Assembly (NCBI GenBank): GCA_963842945.1
Contig: CAWJIM010000024.1
Coordinates: forward strand, 128,001 to 192,000
Source of the DNA: an uncultured Gemmatimonadales bacterium
GTDB taxonomy: Bacteria; Gemmatimonadota; Gemmatimonadetes; Gemmatimonadales; GWC2-71-9
DNA: 64,000 nt
Direction: 5' to 3'
A program made the translations under genes and the position numbers. Shown piece after piece: positions 23,198-33,693 of this stretch (positions are counted from its first letter, which is position 1; each line of letters begins with the position of its first letter). Below the pieces are notes generated by a model. It did no database searches. It was not told the DNA's origin and saw only the letters and a program-made list of their open reading frames with translations.

Positions 23198-23831
23198 TCA
23201 GCGCATCGCCTTTTCGCGCCCACGCGCTTTCTCGAAGCGCCGCGCGACGTCGGTCCAGTTCACCACATTCCACCACGCCGCCACGTAGTCGGGCCGGCGA
23301 TTCTGGTATTTCAGGTAGTACGCATGCTCCCAGACATCACATCCGAGCACCGGAATCTTCCCGCGTCATCAGCGGCGTGTCCTGGTTGGGCGTGCTCTCG
23401 ATGCTGAGCTTCCCGCTTCGGTCGGCCACCAGCCAGCCCCAGCCGCTGCCGAACCGTCCGGTGCAGGCCTTGGCGAACTGCTCCTTGAACTGGGCGAAGC
23501 CGCCGAAGCTGCTGTTGATGGAGTCGGCCAGCTCGCCGTTCGGCTCCTTGGCTCCGCCCGGCGCCATCATCTCCCAGAACATCGTATGATTGGCGTGGCC
23601 TCCGCCGTTGTTGCGCACCGGCGCCTTGATGGCTTCGGGCAGCCGGTCTACCCCGGCGAGCAGCTCCTCCAGCGACTTGTTCTGCAGGTCGGGGTGGGGC
23701 TCGAGTGCCGCGTTCAGGTTGTTGACGTAGGTTGCGTGATGCTTGTCGTGATGCAGCCGCATCGTCTGTTCATCGATATGCGGCTCCAGCGCCTTGTAGT
23801 CGTACGGTAGAGGGGGAAGGGTGAACGCCAT
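23198..23831 (-). CDS. sodA: Mn/Fe superoxide dismutase; frameshift near 23360
   Basis: [36 protein letters not shown] and DVWEHAYY motifs. Confidence 0.94.
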
Positions 23832-23931
23832 GACCAACTCCTCGCGCTGAAGACATCTCACATTCCAGATTCGTTCTGGCTCAATCCGCGAAATATCATT
23901 CCGTGCCGAAGAGGGGTCAACGAGAGCAATG

Positions 23932-24090
23932 CTGTCATGAGCATCCGGCGCTGGTCTGCTCCGGAGGGGCGCGTTAGCACGGCGAGGAGCGAGGTGGACC
24001 GGGCTTGGGCTCGGAGGCCAGGCTCCCAGGGGGCTCGGTCTGGCCGGGGTCTGTCGCGGAGCCGTGCCAGAGCGCCCAGGCCCGTTCCAC
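23932..24090. repeat. Copy of the dispersed 'gggcgcgttagcacg' repeat, with a degenerate inverted partner
   Basis: About 50 bp near-identical to the reverse complement of 41065-41116, including a 26-bp exact match. Confidence 0.8.
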
Positions 24091-24134
24091 CTGCGACCAT
24101 CATCAGCGACGTTAGCCGAACGAGGTTCTGAATT

Positions 24135-24986
24135 ATGCAGCAATCCGCGCTGAACCCCGTCGGTCCCGTCAACCTGGTGCCGCTGTTTCCCGGCCTGCAT
24201 CGCGAGCTGATGACGCTCCTCAGAGGCCTCGAGCCGGCGGACTGGCTGAAGCCCACCGCCTGTGCGCTCTGGTCGGTGAAGGACATCGTCGCCCATCTGC
24301 TGGACACCTGTCTCCGGCGGCTCTCCTTCGACCGCGACCGGCTCCAGACCGGGCCGAGACGCACCTTCGCGGATTATGCCGACCTGGTCGGCTATCTCAA
24401 TCAGCTCAACGCCGAGTGGGTTGGCACCATGCGCCGGGTCAGCCCGCGAGTGCTCATGGATCTCCTCGACCTGGCGGAGCCGCAGCTGCATGCCTACTTC
24501 GCTTCGCTCGACCCCGAGGCACCCGCCACCATCGGGGTCGCCTGGGCCGGTGAGGAGCGCTCGCTCAACTGGTTTGACCTCGGGCGGGAGTACACCGAGC
24601 GATGGCTCCACCAGCAGCAGATCAGGGAGGCCGTCGGAGCCCTCGCCCTGAGCCAGCGGCGCTGGCTCCATCCCACACTCGACATCTTCGTCCGCGCCCT
24701 GCCCTTCACCTACCGCCCGGTCGAAGCCCCGCCAGGCACGGCCGTCCGGCTCGAGATCACCGGTGACGCCGGCGGCGTCTGGACACTGGCGCAAGGCGCG
24801 AGCAGGTGGGAGCTGTTCACCGGCTCAGCCCCCTCGCCGGCCGCTCATGTGACCATGGATCAGGAAGTTGCCTGGAAGCTCTTCTCCAAGGGCCTTCGCC
24901 CGGAGCGGGCCCGCAGTGAGGTCCGCGTAGAGGGAGACGAGAGCCTGGGCCGGCCGATGCTCGGCGCTCTCGGTATCATGGCCTGA
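24135..24986 (+). CDS. Maleylpyruvate isomerase N-terminal (MDMPI/DinB-like) family protein
   Basis: [19 protein letters not shown] and [10 protein letters not shown] motifs. Confidence 0.8.
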   Translation: MQQSALNPVGPVNLVPLFPGLHRELMTLLRGLEPADWLKPTACALWSVKDIVAHLLDTCLRRLSFDRDRLQTGPRRTFADYADLVGYLNQLNAEWVGTMRRVSPRVLMDLLDLAEPQLHAYFASLDPEAPATIGVAWAGEERSLNWFDLGREYTERWLHQQQIREAVGALALSQRRWLHPTLDIFVRALPFTYRPVEAPPGTAVRLEITGDAGGVWTLAQGASRWELFTGSAPSPAAHVTMDQEVAWKLFSKGLRPERARSEVRVEGDESLGRPMLGALGIMA

Positions 24987-25191
24987 CTGTGGATCATATT
25001 TTGCACGGTTCCCCCGCCTGAGTGACGCAGCATCTCGCCGGACCTGCTGTTTCTCTCTCTGACAAATCGACCGATACTCGAGAATGCGCCGGGCAGGTGC
25101 ACCGCCCATCCCCTGGGGTGAAACGCAACCGTCGCGGACATATGCAAGCCCATCAAGCACTCAGGCACCCCAGAAGAAGGAATCCCTCAAC

Positions 25192-26298
25192 GTGACTGCT
25201 GCCATCGACATCAACCCGGCCGTAGCCTCGGCCAAGGCCTTCTTCACCGATGCCAGGGCCAAGAACGGACAGCTGGTCAAGCGGAAGACCTGGCGCCCCG
25301 CCAGCGAGCTGGCCGTGGACCTGGGCACCGCCAACACGCTGGTCTTCGTGAAGGGCGAAGGCGTCGTGCTCAACGAGCCCTCGGTCGCCGCCATCGATCA
25401 GGCCACCGGCAACATCCTGGGCATCGGACTCGAGGCCAAGCGGATGCTGGGCCGCACGCCGGAAGGCGTCCTGGCGGTCCGCCCCATGAAGGACGGGGTC
25501 ATCGCCGATTTCCATGTCGCAGAAAAGATGCTGCGCCACTTCCTCCGGATGGTGATCGACCGGACCATCCTCCGGGTGAAGCCCACCGTGGTCGTCTGCG
25601 TCCCGTCCGGGATCACCGAGGTCGAGCGCCGCGCCGTGCGCGACTCGGCCCAGTCAGCCGGCGTCAAGCGGCTGTTCATGGTGGCCGAGCCGATGGCCGC
25701 GGCGATCGGTGTGGGCCTGCCGGTGGAAACCCCGGTGGGCAGCATGGTCATCGACATCGGAGGCGGCACCACCAACATCGCGGTCATCGCCCTGTCGGGG
25801 ATCGTGTGCGATTCCTCGATCAGGACCGGGGGCGACGAGCTCGACCAAGCTATCGTCCAGTTCATGCGGAAGACCTACAGCCTCCTCATCGGTGAGCCCA
25901 CTGCGGAGCGGATCAAGATCAGCCTTGGCTCGGCGGTTCCGCTCGAGCGCGAAGGCGAGATGGACGTGAAGGGCCGCGATCTGGTGTCCGGCCTCCCCAA
26001 GACCATCCGAATCGATTCCCGAGGCGTGCGCGACGCGATCCAGGAGCCGGTCTCCCATATCATCAATGCGGTGCGCCGGGCGCTGGAAATGACCCCGCCC
26101 GAGCTGGCCAGCGACGTGCTCGAGAACGGCATCATGCTCACCGGCGGCAGCTCCCAGATCCGGGGACTCGACCAGCGGCTGATGGATGAGACCGGCTTGC
26201 CGGTCCGGATGGACGACGACCCGCTGACCTCGGTCGTCCGGGGCACCGGCAAGATCTTGGATGACTTCGCCCGATATGGTACTGTTCTAACAACCTGA
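25192..26298 (+). CDS. mreB: MreB/Mbl actin-like protein
   Basis: DLGTANT, EPMAAAIG, DIGGGTT, TAERIK and LTGG motifs. Confidence 0.93.
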   Translation: MTAAIDINPAVASAKAFFTDARAKNGQLVKRKTWRPASELAVDLGTANTLVFVKGEGVVLNEPSVAAIDQATGNILGIGLEAKRMLGRTPEGVLAVRPMKDGVIADFHVAEKMLRHFLRMVIDRTILRVKPTVVVCVPSGITEVERRAVRDSAQSAGVKRLFMVAEPMAAAIGVGLPVETPVGSMVIDIGGGTTNIAVIALSGIVCDSSIRTGGDELDQAIVQFMRKTYSLLIGEPTAERIKISLGSAVPLEREGEMDVKGRDLVSGLPKTIRIDSRGVRDAIQEPVSHIINAVRRALEMTPPELASDVLENGIMLTGGSSQIRGLDQRLMDETGLPVRMDDDPLTSVVRGTGKILDDFARYGTVLTT

Positions 26299-26319
26299 AG
26301 CTTTTCGCCCAACAGGGCG

Positions 26320-26439
26320 GAACTCCCGTCCCTCATACCGGCATCCCCGCCCAAGCGGCGAGGGTGTCGGTGTGTTGTTTTTATGAACTCCCGCCCCTCA
26401 CACCGGCATCCCCGCAAAAGCGGCGAGGGCGTCGGTGTG
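26320..26439. terminator. Two tandem 55-bp hairpins (period 65 bp), each followed by a T-run
   Basis: 26320-26374 and 26385-26439; stem cacaccggcatcc...gggcgtcggtgtg. Confidence 0.6.
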
Positions 26440-26453
26440 AGGTCTTTTAGGGA

Positions 26454-27082
26454 TCAGCTTGGGCCGCTGACCGCTGTGGGAACCCGACGGTCGGCGGTTG
26501 AGCCGTCGCCCAGTTGCCCGAACCCGTTGAATCCCCAACAGAACGCTGCATCCCCTGTGGTCAGCCCGCAAGGCGACGGGAAACGGGCGGGGTTCGGAGG
26601 CAGGCTCCCAGGGGAGAGGTTGTGGGGATGTCGCGGAGCCTGCCGTGAGAGCCCTCGTCCGTTTCCCGCTCCGCGTTGGGTGGGGAGGGATGTCGTTACC
26701 GGTGCATAAGCGAACTGGTCTGCGTATTGTCCGGACCTATGGACGCAAACCCGGCGCTGACCAACTGGAAGCGCAGACCACCGGCGACGGGGACTGGGCG
26801 GGTGCGCTGCGATATGTTGACCGCGCCATCGCCGAGCTGACCTACGCCATCGGCCCCCCAGCAGTAGGCGAGGTCATCGTAGGTCACCCCGCAGCTGTGG
26901 TACATGCCGGCGCTGATCTGGCGGAAGGACAGCGCCGCGGTTGCCTGAACGGCCAGAGCCGGGCTCACCGCCGGCTGTTCGGGCGCGACTGGGGAATCGC
27001 CGCAGCCGGCGGTAGCCGCGAGCAGGGCGAGAAGAAGCGAGACGGGGTACTGTTTGAGCTCGAAGCCTGGGGTCCGACGCAT
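26454..27082 (-). pseudogene. RCC1-repeat lipoprotein interrupted by a ~175-bp insert
   Basis: N-part FRQISAGMYHSCGVT..YCWG..GQLGDG..FQLVSAG; C-part (26570..26454) CGLTTGDAAFCWGFNGFGQLGDGSTADRRVPTAVSGPS*. Confidence 0.8.
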
Positions 27083-27169
27083 GGGATACTCCTGATGTTG
27101 TACCGGTAGTGGTGAATCTACCGTCGCCTCAGTGAGTCAAGCAGCCGTCAAGTGGGTACCTTCCCCGGG

Positions 27170-27973
27170 ATGAGGCCAACCGACGACGTCGCCCCCTGGA
27201 TCGAGCGCATGGCCCGGGTGGGGTACACGGCCAAGGGCATGCTCTACATCACCATCGGCTACCTCGCAGCCAAGGCTGGATTAGGCCAGGGCGGGAGCGT
27301 GACCGACACCAGCGGTGCCATGCGTCAGGTCAAGAGCGCGAGCCTGGGCCAGCCGCTGCTGCTGGTCATCGCCGCGGGCCTGCTGGGATACGCCGGTTGG
27401 CGGCTGGTCCAGGCCATCGCCGATCCCGAACGGCGCGGCACCGACGCCAAGGGCATCCTGATGCGCGCCGGTTTTGCGGCCCGCGGGGTTTTTCACGCCG
27501 GCCTCGGGCTCACTGCCATTCGTCTGGCTCTGGGTCAGCGCGGAGCAGCGTCCAGCAGCCAGGCACCGCACTGGACCGCTCGAGCTTTCCAGGTCCCGGG
27601 CGGCCGGCTTCTGGTCGCAGTCGCGGCGCTCTGCATTGCGGGGTACGGTCTGTACCAGTTCTATCGGGCCTGGTCGCCCCGAATGCGGCGACATCTCCAG
27701 CTCGCGGAGCTTCCAGCAGGAGCGCAGCGATGGGTGCTGGGGGTGAGCCGGTTCGGCGTTGCCGCAAGGGGCGTCGTCTTCTGTCTCATTGGACTCTTTC
27801 TGGGGCGGGCGGCCCTTCACCACGACCCGGCCCAGGCCGGCGGCATCCGAGAGTCGCTCCGAACCTTGGCAGCGACGGGACGCTGGGCCTTTGTGGTGGT
27901 GGCTCTGGGCCTGGTGGCCTATGGCGTCTACCAGCTGGTGAATGCCCGCTACCGGAACATCCGGATAGCCTGA
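27170..27973 (+). CDS. DUF1206 membrane protein
   Basis: ARVGYTAKGMLY, GVAARGVVF and GLVAYGVY repeats. Confidence 0.8.
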   Translation: MRPTDDVAPWIERMARVGYTAKGMLYITIGYLAAKAGLGQGGSVTDTSGAMRQVKSASLGQPLLLVIAAGLLGYAGWRLVQAIADPERRGTDAKGILMRAGFAARGVFHAGLGLTAIRLALGQRGAASSSQAPHWTARAFQVPGGRLLVAVAALCIAGYGLYQFYRAWSPRMRRHLQLAELPAGAQRWVLGVSRFGVAARGVVFCLIGLFLGRAALHHDPAQAGGIRESLRTLAATGRWAFVVVALGLVAYGVYQLVNARYRNIRIA

Positions 27974-28391
27974 AGACCGGCCTGGATCAATGCGAAACGA
28001 CGCCGCATCCCATACATCCGGCTCCGGGCAGGGTACGGCGCGCGTGGGGCGCACTACATCGGAGAAACGGTGGACTACATCGTTGGGTCTGCTGGTTACA
28101 GCCTCGGGTGTTTGAGGTTCATCCGGTTCTGCTCGAATGACATCAGGGCTCTGCAGAGTTACTGGCCGAGTCCGGGCGCCTCCCCTGTGAGACCACAGCG
28201 GTTACCAGCGAAACCGGTACCTCTCCTGGCGAGAGCAGCGCACTCACCGGTCCGTCCGATAGCCTTACACTGAGCTCCTGCGCGGGTACATCTCGATCCA
28301 GCTCGAATACGATGGAGCCCGGACGATGTGCGAGGCGGGCCCGGCGGGCTACATCGCCGCGCTGTCGAACTACGGATCTAGGCCCGTGAGC

Positions 28392-28630
28392 TTACGATCG
28401 AGAGATTTTCGCCCTGACCTTCTTAACCGCCCGGGCCGCGCTCGACTTCGCCGAGCTGAGCGCCTTCTCCACCTTCTGCCGAACTCCCTTTAATCCGGTC
28501 CGCTTACCGCTGCGTTTGCTGGAGCTCTTCACCTTGCCTGAGGTGCTCCGCTTAGTGGAGGCGCGTTTGCGGGAGCTGCTCGTCTTTTACTGGATTTGCT
28601 GGAACCGGCCTTTCTGGTCTTCGAAGCCAT
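28392..28630 (-). CDS. Small Lys/Arg/Ser-rich histone-H1-like protein (~79 aa); needs +1 A near 28586
   Basis: GGAGG RBS and ATG at 28630; the corrected frame reads MASKTRKAGSSKSSKKTSSSRKRASTKR...VKKVRAKISRS*. Confidence 0.65.
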
Positions 28631-28733
28631 CGTGACCTCCGGATAGGCGGCAAACTCGCGGCTGCTTACGCTGCAATGTCAGTCACGAGTATGTTCTGCC
28701 TCATTCCCCCTCGCAATGGAGCAGTGTTCAGCG

Positions 28734-29351
28734 ATGAGCCGTGCGGAACTGGCGACCCAGCTCGCCGACATCGGGCGGCAATTCTACAGCCGTGGCTGGG
28801 TGTTGGGCACCAGCGGGAACTTCAGCGCCGTGCTGAGCCGCGATCCCCTGCGCCTGGCCATCACCTCGAGCGGAGTGGACAAAGGAAGTCTCTCGCCCGG
28901 GGATATCCTGGAGATCGACCAGCACGGGGGCGTCGTGACCGGCTCCGGCCGCCCGTCGGCCGAGGTCAGCCTCCATCTGGCGATCGTCCGCGCCCGTGGG
29001 GCCGGGGCGGTGTTGCATACCCACTCGGTTTGGGGCACAATTCTCTCTGACGCTCCTGGCAGCGGGCTGGTGGTCCAAGGATACGAGATGCTGAAGGGAC
29101 TCGACGGCGTGGCCACGCACGAGCACCGCGAATGGCTGCCGGTAGTCGAGAATACCCAGGATTGGGAAACCGCAGCTCCATCCATCGAGGCGCTGCTGGC
29201 GACGTATCCCGAAGCCCACGGATTCCTGATCCGGTCGCACGGGCTCTACACCTGGGGACGGGATCTCGCCGAAGCAAAGCGGCAGGTAGAGATCCTGGAG
29301 TTTCTATTCGAAGTGACGGGACGAAAGCGAGGCATGACATGGCCACAGTGA
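28734..29351 (+). CDS. mtnB: Methylthioribulose-1-phosphate dehydratase
   Basis: GTSGNFS, SGVDKG, PSAEVSLH, HTHS and HGLYTWG motifs. Confidence 0.92.
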   Translation: MSRAELATQLADIGRQFYSRGWVLGTSGNFSAVLSRDPLRLAITSSGVDKGSLSPGDILEIDQHGGVVTGSGRPSAEVSLHLAIVRARGAGAVLHTHSVWGTILSDAPGSGLVVQGYEMLKGLDGVATHEHREWLPVVENTQDWETAAPSIEALLATYPEAHGFLIRSHGLYTWGRDLAEAKRQVEILEFLFEVTGRKRGMTWPQ

Positions 29352-29909
29352 GAATTCCCGACGAGCAGCGCACCCTGACCGATCAGGACGAGGTCACCCG
29401 CTATCTGGCGACCCTCGGCATAGACTACGTGCGCTGGCCCAACAGCGAGCGCGTCCCCGACGAGGCATCGGTCGAGGAAGTGCTGGCCGCATACGCGCCC
29501 GAGATCGAGCGTCTGAAGGAGAGCGGCGGCTACGTCACCGCCGACGTCATCGATGTGACGGCCCAGACACCCAAACCTCGACGCCATGCTGGCCAAGTTC
29601 AGCGTGGAGCACTGGCACGATGAGGATGAGGTGCGCTACATCGTTCGGGGACGGGGAATCTTTCACATTCATCCCCGGGACAACGACCCGGTCATCGCCA
29701 TCGAGTGCGAGGCCGGCGACCTCATCCGCGTACCGCGCGGCACCTGGCATTGGTTCGATCTCTGCGGCGACCGGAACATTCGCGCTATCCGGCTGTTCCA
29801 GGACAAGGCGGGATGGACGCCCCACTACACCGACAGCGGCGCCGACAAGGGTTACCAACCCCTATGCCTGGGTCCCTCCTATATCCCGGTCCGGACGGCG
29901 TCGAGCTGA
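29339..29909 (+). CDS. mtnD: Acireductone dioxygenase; frameshift near 29575
   Basis: [25 protein letters not shown] and AIRLF motifs. Confidence 0.92.
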
Positions 29910-30615
29910 AGCAAATCGGCGTCGTCCTGCTGGACATCGAGGGCACCACCACGCCGCTCGATTTCGTCCACCAAACATTGTTCGGATATGCCCGCTCTCG
30001 TGTAGCGGGATTCCTCGAGCGCCAATGGAACGATCCCGAGGTTCGGGGTGACGTCGCCCGGCTCAACGCCGAGCACGTGATCGAGTCGCGCGAGCCCTCG
30101 CTGCCGACGTGGCGTGACAACGCCGGCGGGGTAGCGGCCTACGTCCACTGGCTGATGGGGCGCGACGGGAAGTCCACCGGGCTCAAGTCGCTGCAGGGAA
30201 AAATCTGGGAGGAGGGTTATCGCTCGGGTGAGCTCAAGGGCGAGGTCTATCCCGACGTGCCTGCCGCCCTGGAGCGTTGGCGCAACCAGGGCATCGGCAT
30301 CGCCATCTTCTCGTCGGGCAGTGTCCAGGCCCAGCAATCGCTCTTCAAGAACACCAATGCCGGTGATCTCAGTCAGTTTTTCCGGGCCTACTTCGATACG
30401 ACCACCGGCCCGAAGAAGGAGCCGCGCAGCTATACCCGGATCGCGCAGGCGCTGAACTGCCGGCCCTCCGAGGTGCTCTTCATCTCCGATGTTCCCGCGG
30501 AGCTCGATGCGGCACGAACGGCAGGCATGCAAACCGCCCTATGCGTGCGGAATCCAGCCGATGCCCCGGCCGACGGCGCGCATCAGGTGATTCACACCTT
30601 CGACGGAATTCTGAG
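29906..30615 (+). CDS. mtnC: Enolase-phosphatase E1 (acireductone synthase); ends approximate
   Basis: [22 protein letters not shown] and LFISD motifs. Confidence 0.9.
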
Positions 30616-30652
30616 CTCCCGGAATTCCCCTCGACTTGAAGCCTCACCCCCG

Positions 30653-30991
30653 ATGCCGCCGATTCCTGCGGACATCGAGGCTGCCGTGTCGGCCTGGATG
30701 CGGGGTCGGGGCTGGCGGGTAAATCCGGTCCGGTGGGAATTGGAGGACCCCAACATGGGCTTCTACGTCTGGCAGGAAGAACCCCGCTCGATGGGGAAGG
30801 GCCATGCGCTATGGCTCGACGAGGCAATGATCCGGCACCTGAAGCCGGAGGAACTGATTCAGGTGCTGGAGCGCGAAGCCGTGGCCGAGGCGATCCGGAT
30901 CAGCTACAAGGTGCGGATCGAGGAACGGGGCGCCGATTACCGGGTGTCGGTGGTGCCCAGGAAATCGGGTGAGTTCAAGAGGACGGAGTGA
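30653..30991 (+). CDS. Hypothetical protein, 112 aa
   Basis: ATG in the same frame as mtnC; the sequence is unrelated to the HAD fold. Confidence 0.55.
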   Translation: MPPIPADIEAAVSAWMRGRGWRVNPVRWELEDPNMGFYVWQEEPRSMGKGHALWLDEAMIRHLKPEELIQVLEREAVAEAIRISYKVRIEERGADYRVSVVPRKSGEFKRTE

Positions 30992-31015
30992 TTGCGGGTT
31001 GCAAACGGGATGTAG

Positions 31016-31059
31016 TGGAGCGGACCGGGATCGAACCGGCGACCCCCTGCTTGCAAAGC
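31016..31059 (-). repeat. att site: 44-bp duplicate of the tRNA-Ala 3' half
   Basis: Identical to 37546-37589. Confidence 0.92.
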
Positions 31060-31565
31060 CCTTCCAGGCGGTAGGCGACGCGTTCAATCTGTAGCAACGC
31101 GTAACTCGCAACTGATTGCGGTGACGAACGTTTCATGCGTGTTCGGTGCCCGTTCGTGACTGCCCATGCCACACAGATCAGGTGCGAGTTATGAGAGAAT
31201 GGCCACTGGATGGCCACCAGTAAACCTGATGCCTCATACATGACCCAGAGTCATTCGCACAGGATTTTGAAGGTTGGAGACCCCACTTCAGCGCTTGTTG
31301 TCCCACCGGCACTTAGCACCGAAGCCCTTGGAGCGCCTCACCATCCCACCGGAACCGAGCGGAACGGGGAGGAACCGAAGTACACCCACGGAACTACCGC
31401 CGGTGCTACCGGCCGACCCAATGAGGAGGGGGGCTAACTGGTGAGTCGCTTTAAGTGCCACGGCCAGAAGCCACCGATCATCAACACAATAAGGGTGGCA
31501 GGTCAACTCATTGAGTGCGCTCAAACCCACTGCTGAACATCGAAGCTTGAGCGAGAGGTCGCTGC

Positions 31566-31979
31566 TCAAGATGCGGCCCGTGGGTGTTTAACATGGCAAA
31601 CGAGTGTTGCCTGGCCGGAGGGCGCCCACACGAATCGCATGTGGGTAGTTACCGTCCCCGCTACGCCACACCCCTCTCCCTTAATCACAAGCGCTGACGG
31701 TGGTCCCGAGGGCGTTCTTACCCGACACACCAGAGTGGCATTGCCACTACTGGCAATGGTGACCCGCGAGTCGGATGCAAGCCCGCGGGGCCGAGCAAGC
31801 ACAAGAATGCCTCTTAGAGGCAGCCCGGGCAGCGGAAATTCCCGCCACGGTGCCGAATGTGAGTGCGGAGAGGCCCCGCGGGCCAGCTGCGTTTCGACAG
31901 TAGAAGGTGAGGAGGCTTCGTTGGAGCAGGCTAGCATAAACACCACAAGCGAGACTTGAGCTGCGACTAGATGACGCAT
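31566..31979 (-). CDS. Hypothetical lipoprotein
   Basis: Signal peptide ending MLAC; GGAG RBS. Confidence 0.5.
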   Translation of the reverse strand: MRHLVAAQVSLVVFMLACSNEASSPSTVETQLARGASPHSHSAPWREFPLPGLPLRGILVLARPRGLASDSRVTIASSGNATLVCRVRTPSGPPSALVIKGEGCGVAGTVTTHMRFVWAPSGQATLVCHVKHPRAAS

Positions 31980-32304
31980 AATGGCTCCAAGAAAGCAAGA
32001 GGAATGGGTCGGCGCGCTATACGCCCGATCCAGCGCGGCTCGAATCTCATCAACGGGTGAGTGGGCGTGCTTGCCCGCCCCGTGGTAGTGTCTCGGGCAT
32101 GAGGTTCTCCGGTGTTGAAAGGCAGAAACTTGCTTCGAACCAGTGGGCGGGTGTGCTCTTTAAAAGGGTCGAAAAGGATGGTAGGTCAGAGATAGGGAGT
32201 GGTGCCGCCGCAGGCAAGCACTACCTTAGTGCAGGGTGAGGTAGCGATGCTGCCCCTACTGAAGTTTGGGGTTTCTTACTTAACGATCTTAGACGGAATA
32301 AACC

Positions 32305-32818
32305 ATGCGCACCGGCACAACGACCCTCGTTATCCCCTTCATTTTCGCAGTCGCTGCATGCAGGAATTCCCGTGACACTACAGCGGTCCGCGACACAGCA
32401 GGCGCTGAACGCGTTGGTAGCGTGGATAAACAAGCCGAGGAACAGAAGATACCGCGGCCTGGAACAGCGCTGGCGTGAGGCCCTCGCAGCCAAAGACAGC
32501 ACGGCCGTGGGGCGATTCTATGCTGAGGGAGGATTCTACTTGCCGCAGGGTAGCAACGGCTACAACGGACCGGACCGCATCCGGAGCCGTTGGGCCCGCG
32601 AGTTCAGCGGCAGGAAATTCGATCTGGAACGAGAGCCTAGAAAGGTGGAGGTGGCTGACGCTGGCGACATAGCCTACGAAGTGGGCGCCTACAAGGTGAG
32701 CTGGGACAAGCCACAGAAGGGTCAGGGCGCGGGCAATTACGTCACGGTTTGGAAGAAGGAGAATGGGGAATGGAAGACCGCTGCCTATATCTGGAATCGC
32801 GGCGAGGAACGGCCGTGA
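32305..32818 (+). CDS. SnoaL/DUF4440 lipoprotein; frameshift near 32450
   Basis: Lipobox VAAC; GDIAYEVGAY and GNYVTVWKKENGEWK motifs. Confidence 0.75.
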
Positions 32819-32903
32819 GTTCGGGTTCAGCAACAGCCTTCTGAGCCGAAAGCCTGCCCGGATATCACTAAGCGGGCGCTTATTTGTGGACCCAACTAGT
32901 AGT

Positions 32904-33392
32904 TTAAAATGTGTTTAGATCGAACGCAGCCGCAGCCTCGCTCTGCCGCAGCGCGCGATCGGCCTGCCGCAAACGCATGAACGCCCGCACCGTGGCCACC
33001 AGCACGACCGGCTCGACCGGGTGAGTCAGATACCCATCGGCTCCGGATTCTAAACCGTAGGCGATGTCTTTGGTGCCGGTGTAGGTCGCCGAAATATGGA
33101 GAACCGGTATGGGCCGCAGCGCCGGATCCGCCTTGAGACGCTTGCACGCCTCATACCCATCCATGACCGGCATGTGAATGTCGAGGATGATCAGATCCAG
33201 ATCTTCCGTTGCGAGGGCCAGACCCGCTACGCCGTTGTCCGCCTCTCGGACGTCGAAGCCTTCCTTCTGAAGAATACGAACGATGGTGTACCGGTTGGCT
33301 TCGGTGTCGTCCACCACCAGGATCCTACCACTCGAGCCTGCGTCAATCAGGCATGTTGCTTGCGAGTCCGCACATACCCTGTCGGTTTCCAC
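32904..33392 (-). pseudogene. Receiver domain, apparently the truncated N-terminus of a hybrid kinase
   Basis: ILVVDD, LDIHMP and GADGYL motifs; ends just after the linker RALRQSE. Confidence 0.6.
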
Positions 33393-33459
33393 TCAGGTCA
33401 GACATTGACGATCCTTGTACGGCGCCTATGAGTCTCTAACCCACACTAGGAGACTGAGC

Positions 33460-33693
33460 ATGCCTCTGATCCGCGCAACGCTGGTGGAGAATGCGATTAC
33501 CGCAGAGCAGAAGCAGGAGCTTATCAGCCGCATCACTGACGCCGTGGTATCGGTGTACGGCGAGAACATGCGGCAGATCACGTGGGTGCTGATCGACGAG
33601 ATTAAGAGTGGGCAGTTCGGCGCGGGTGGCCACGGGTATACTACCGAGGAAATCCAGACACTAATGGCAGCAGAACCAGCCTTAAAAGGCTGA
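33460..33693 (+). CDS. 4-oxalocrotonate tautomerase family protein
   Basis: Pro-1 (MPLI), EQKQELI..ITDAVV; AGGAG RBS. Confidence 0.85.
   Translation: MPLIRATLVENAITAEQKQELISRITDAVVSVYGENMRQITWVLIDEIKSGQFGAGGHGYTTEEIQTLMAAEPALKG

Noticed and set aside
23337..24794. 485-aa SOD with a long N-terminal extension
   Set aside because: The upstream part is antisense to the MDMPI-family gene; the SOD start with RBS is at 23831.
26320..26439. CRISPR array
   Set aside because: Only two 55-bp units with a 10-bp gap, and no cas genes in the window.
29705..30991. MtnC with a long C-terminal extension
   Set aside because: An out-of-frame TGA lies at the expected mtnC end and the extension has its own ATG; a likely indel.
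31016..31059. Second tRNA-Ala gene
   Set aside because: Only the 3' half is present; it is an att repeat.
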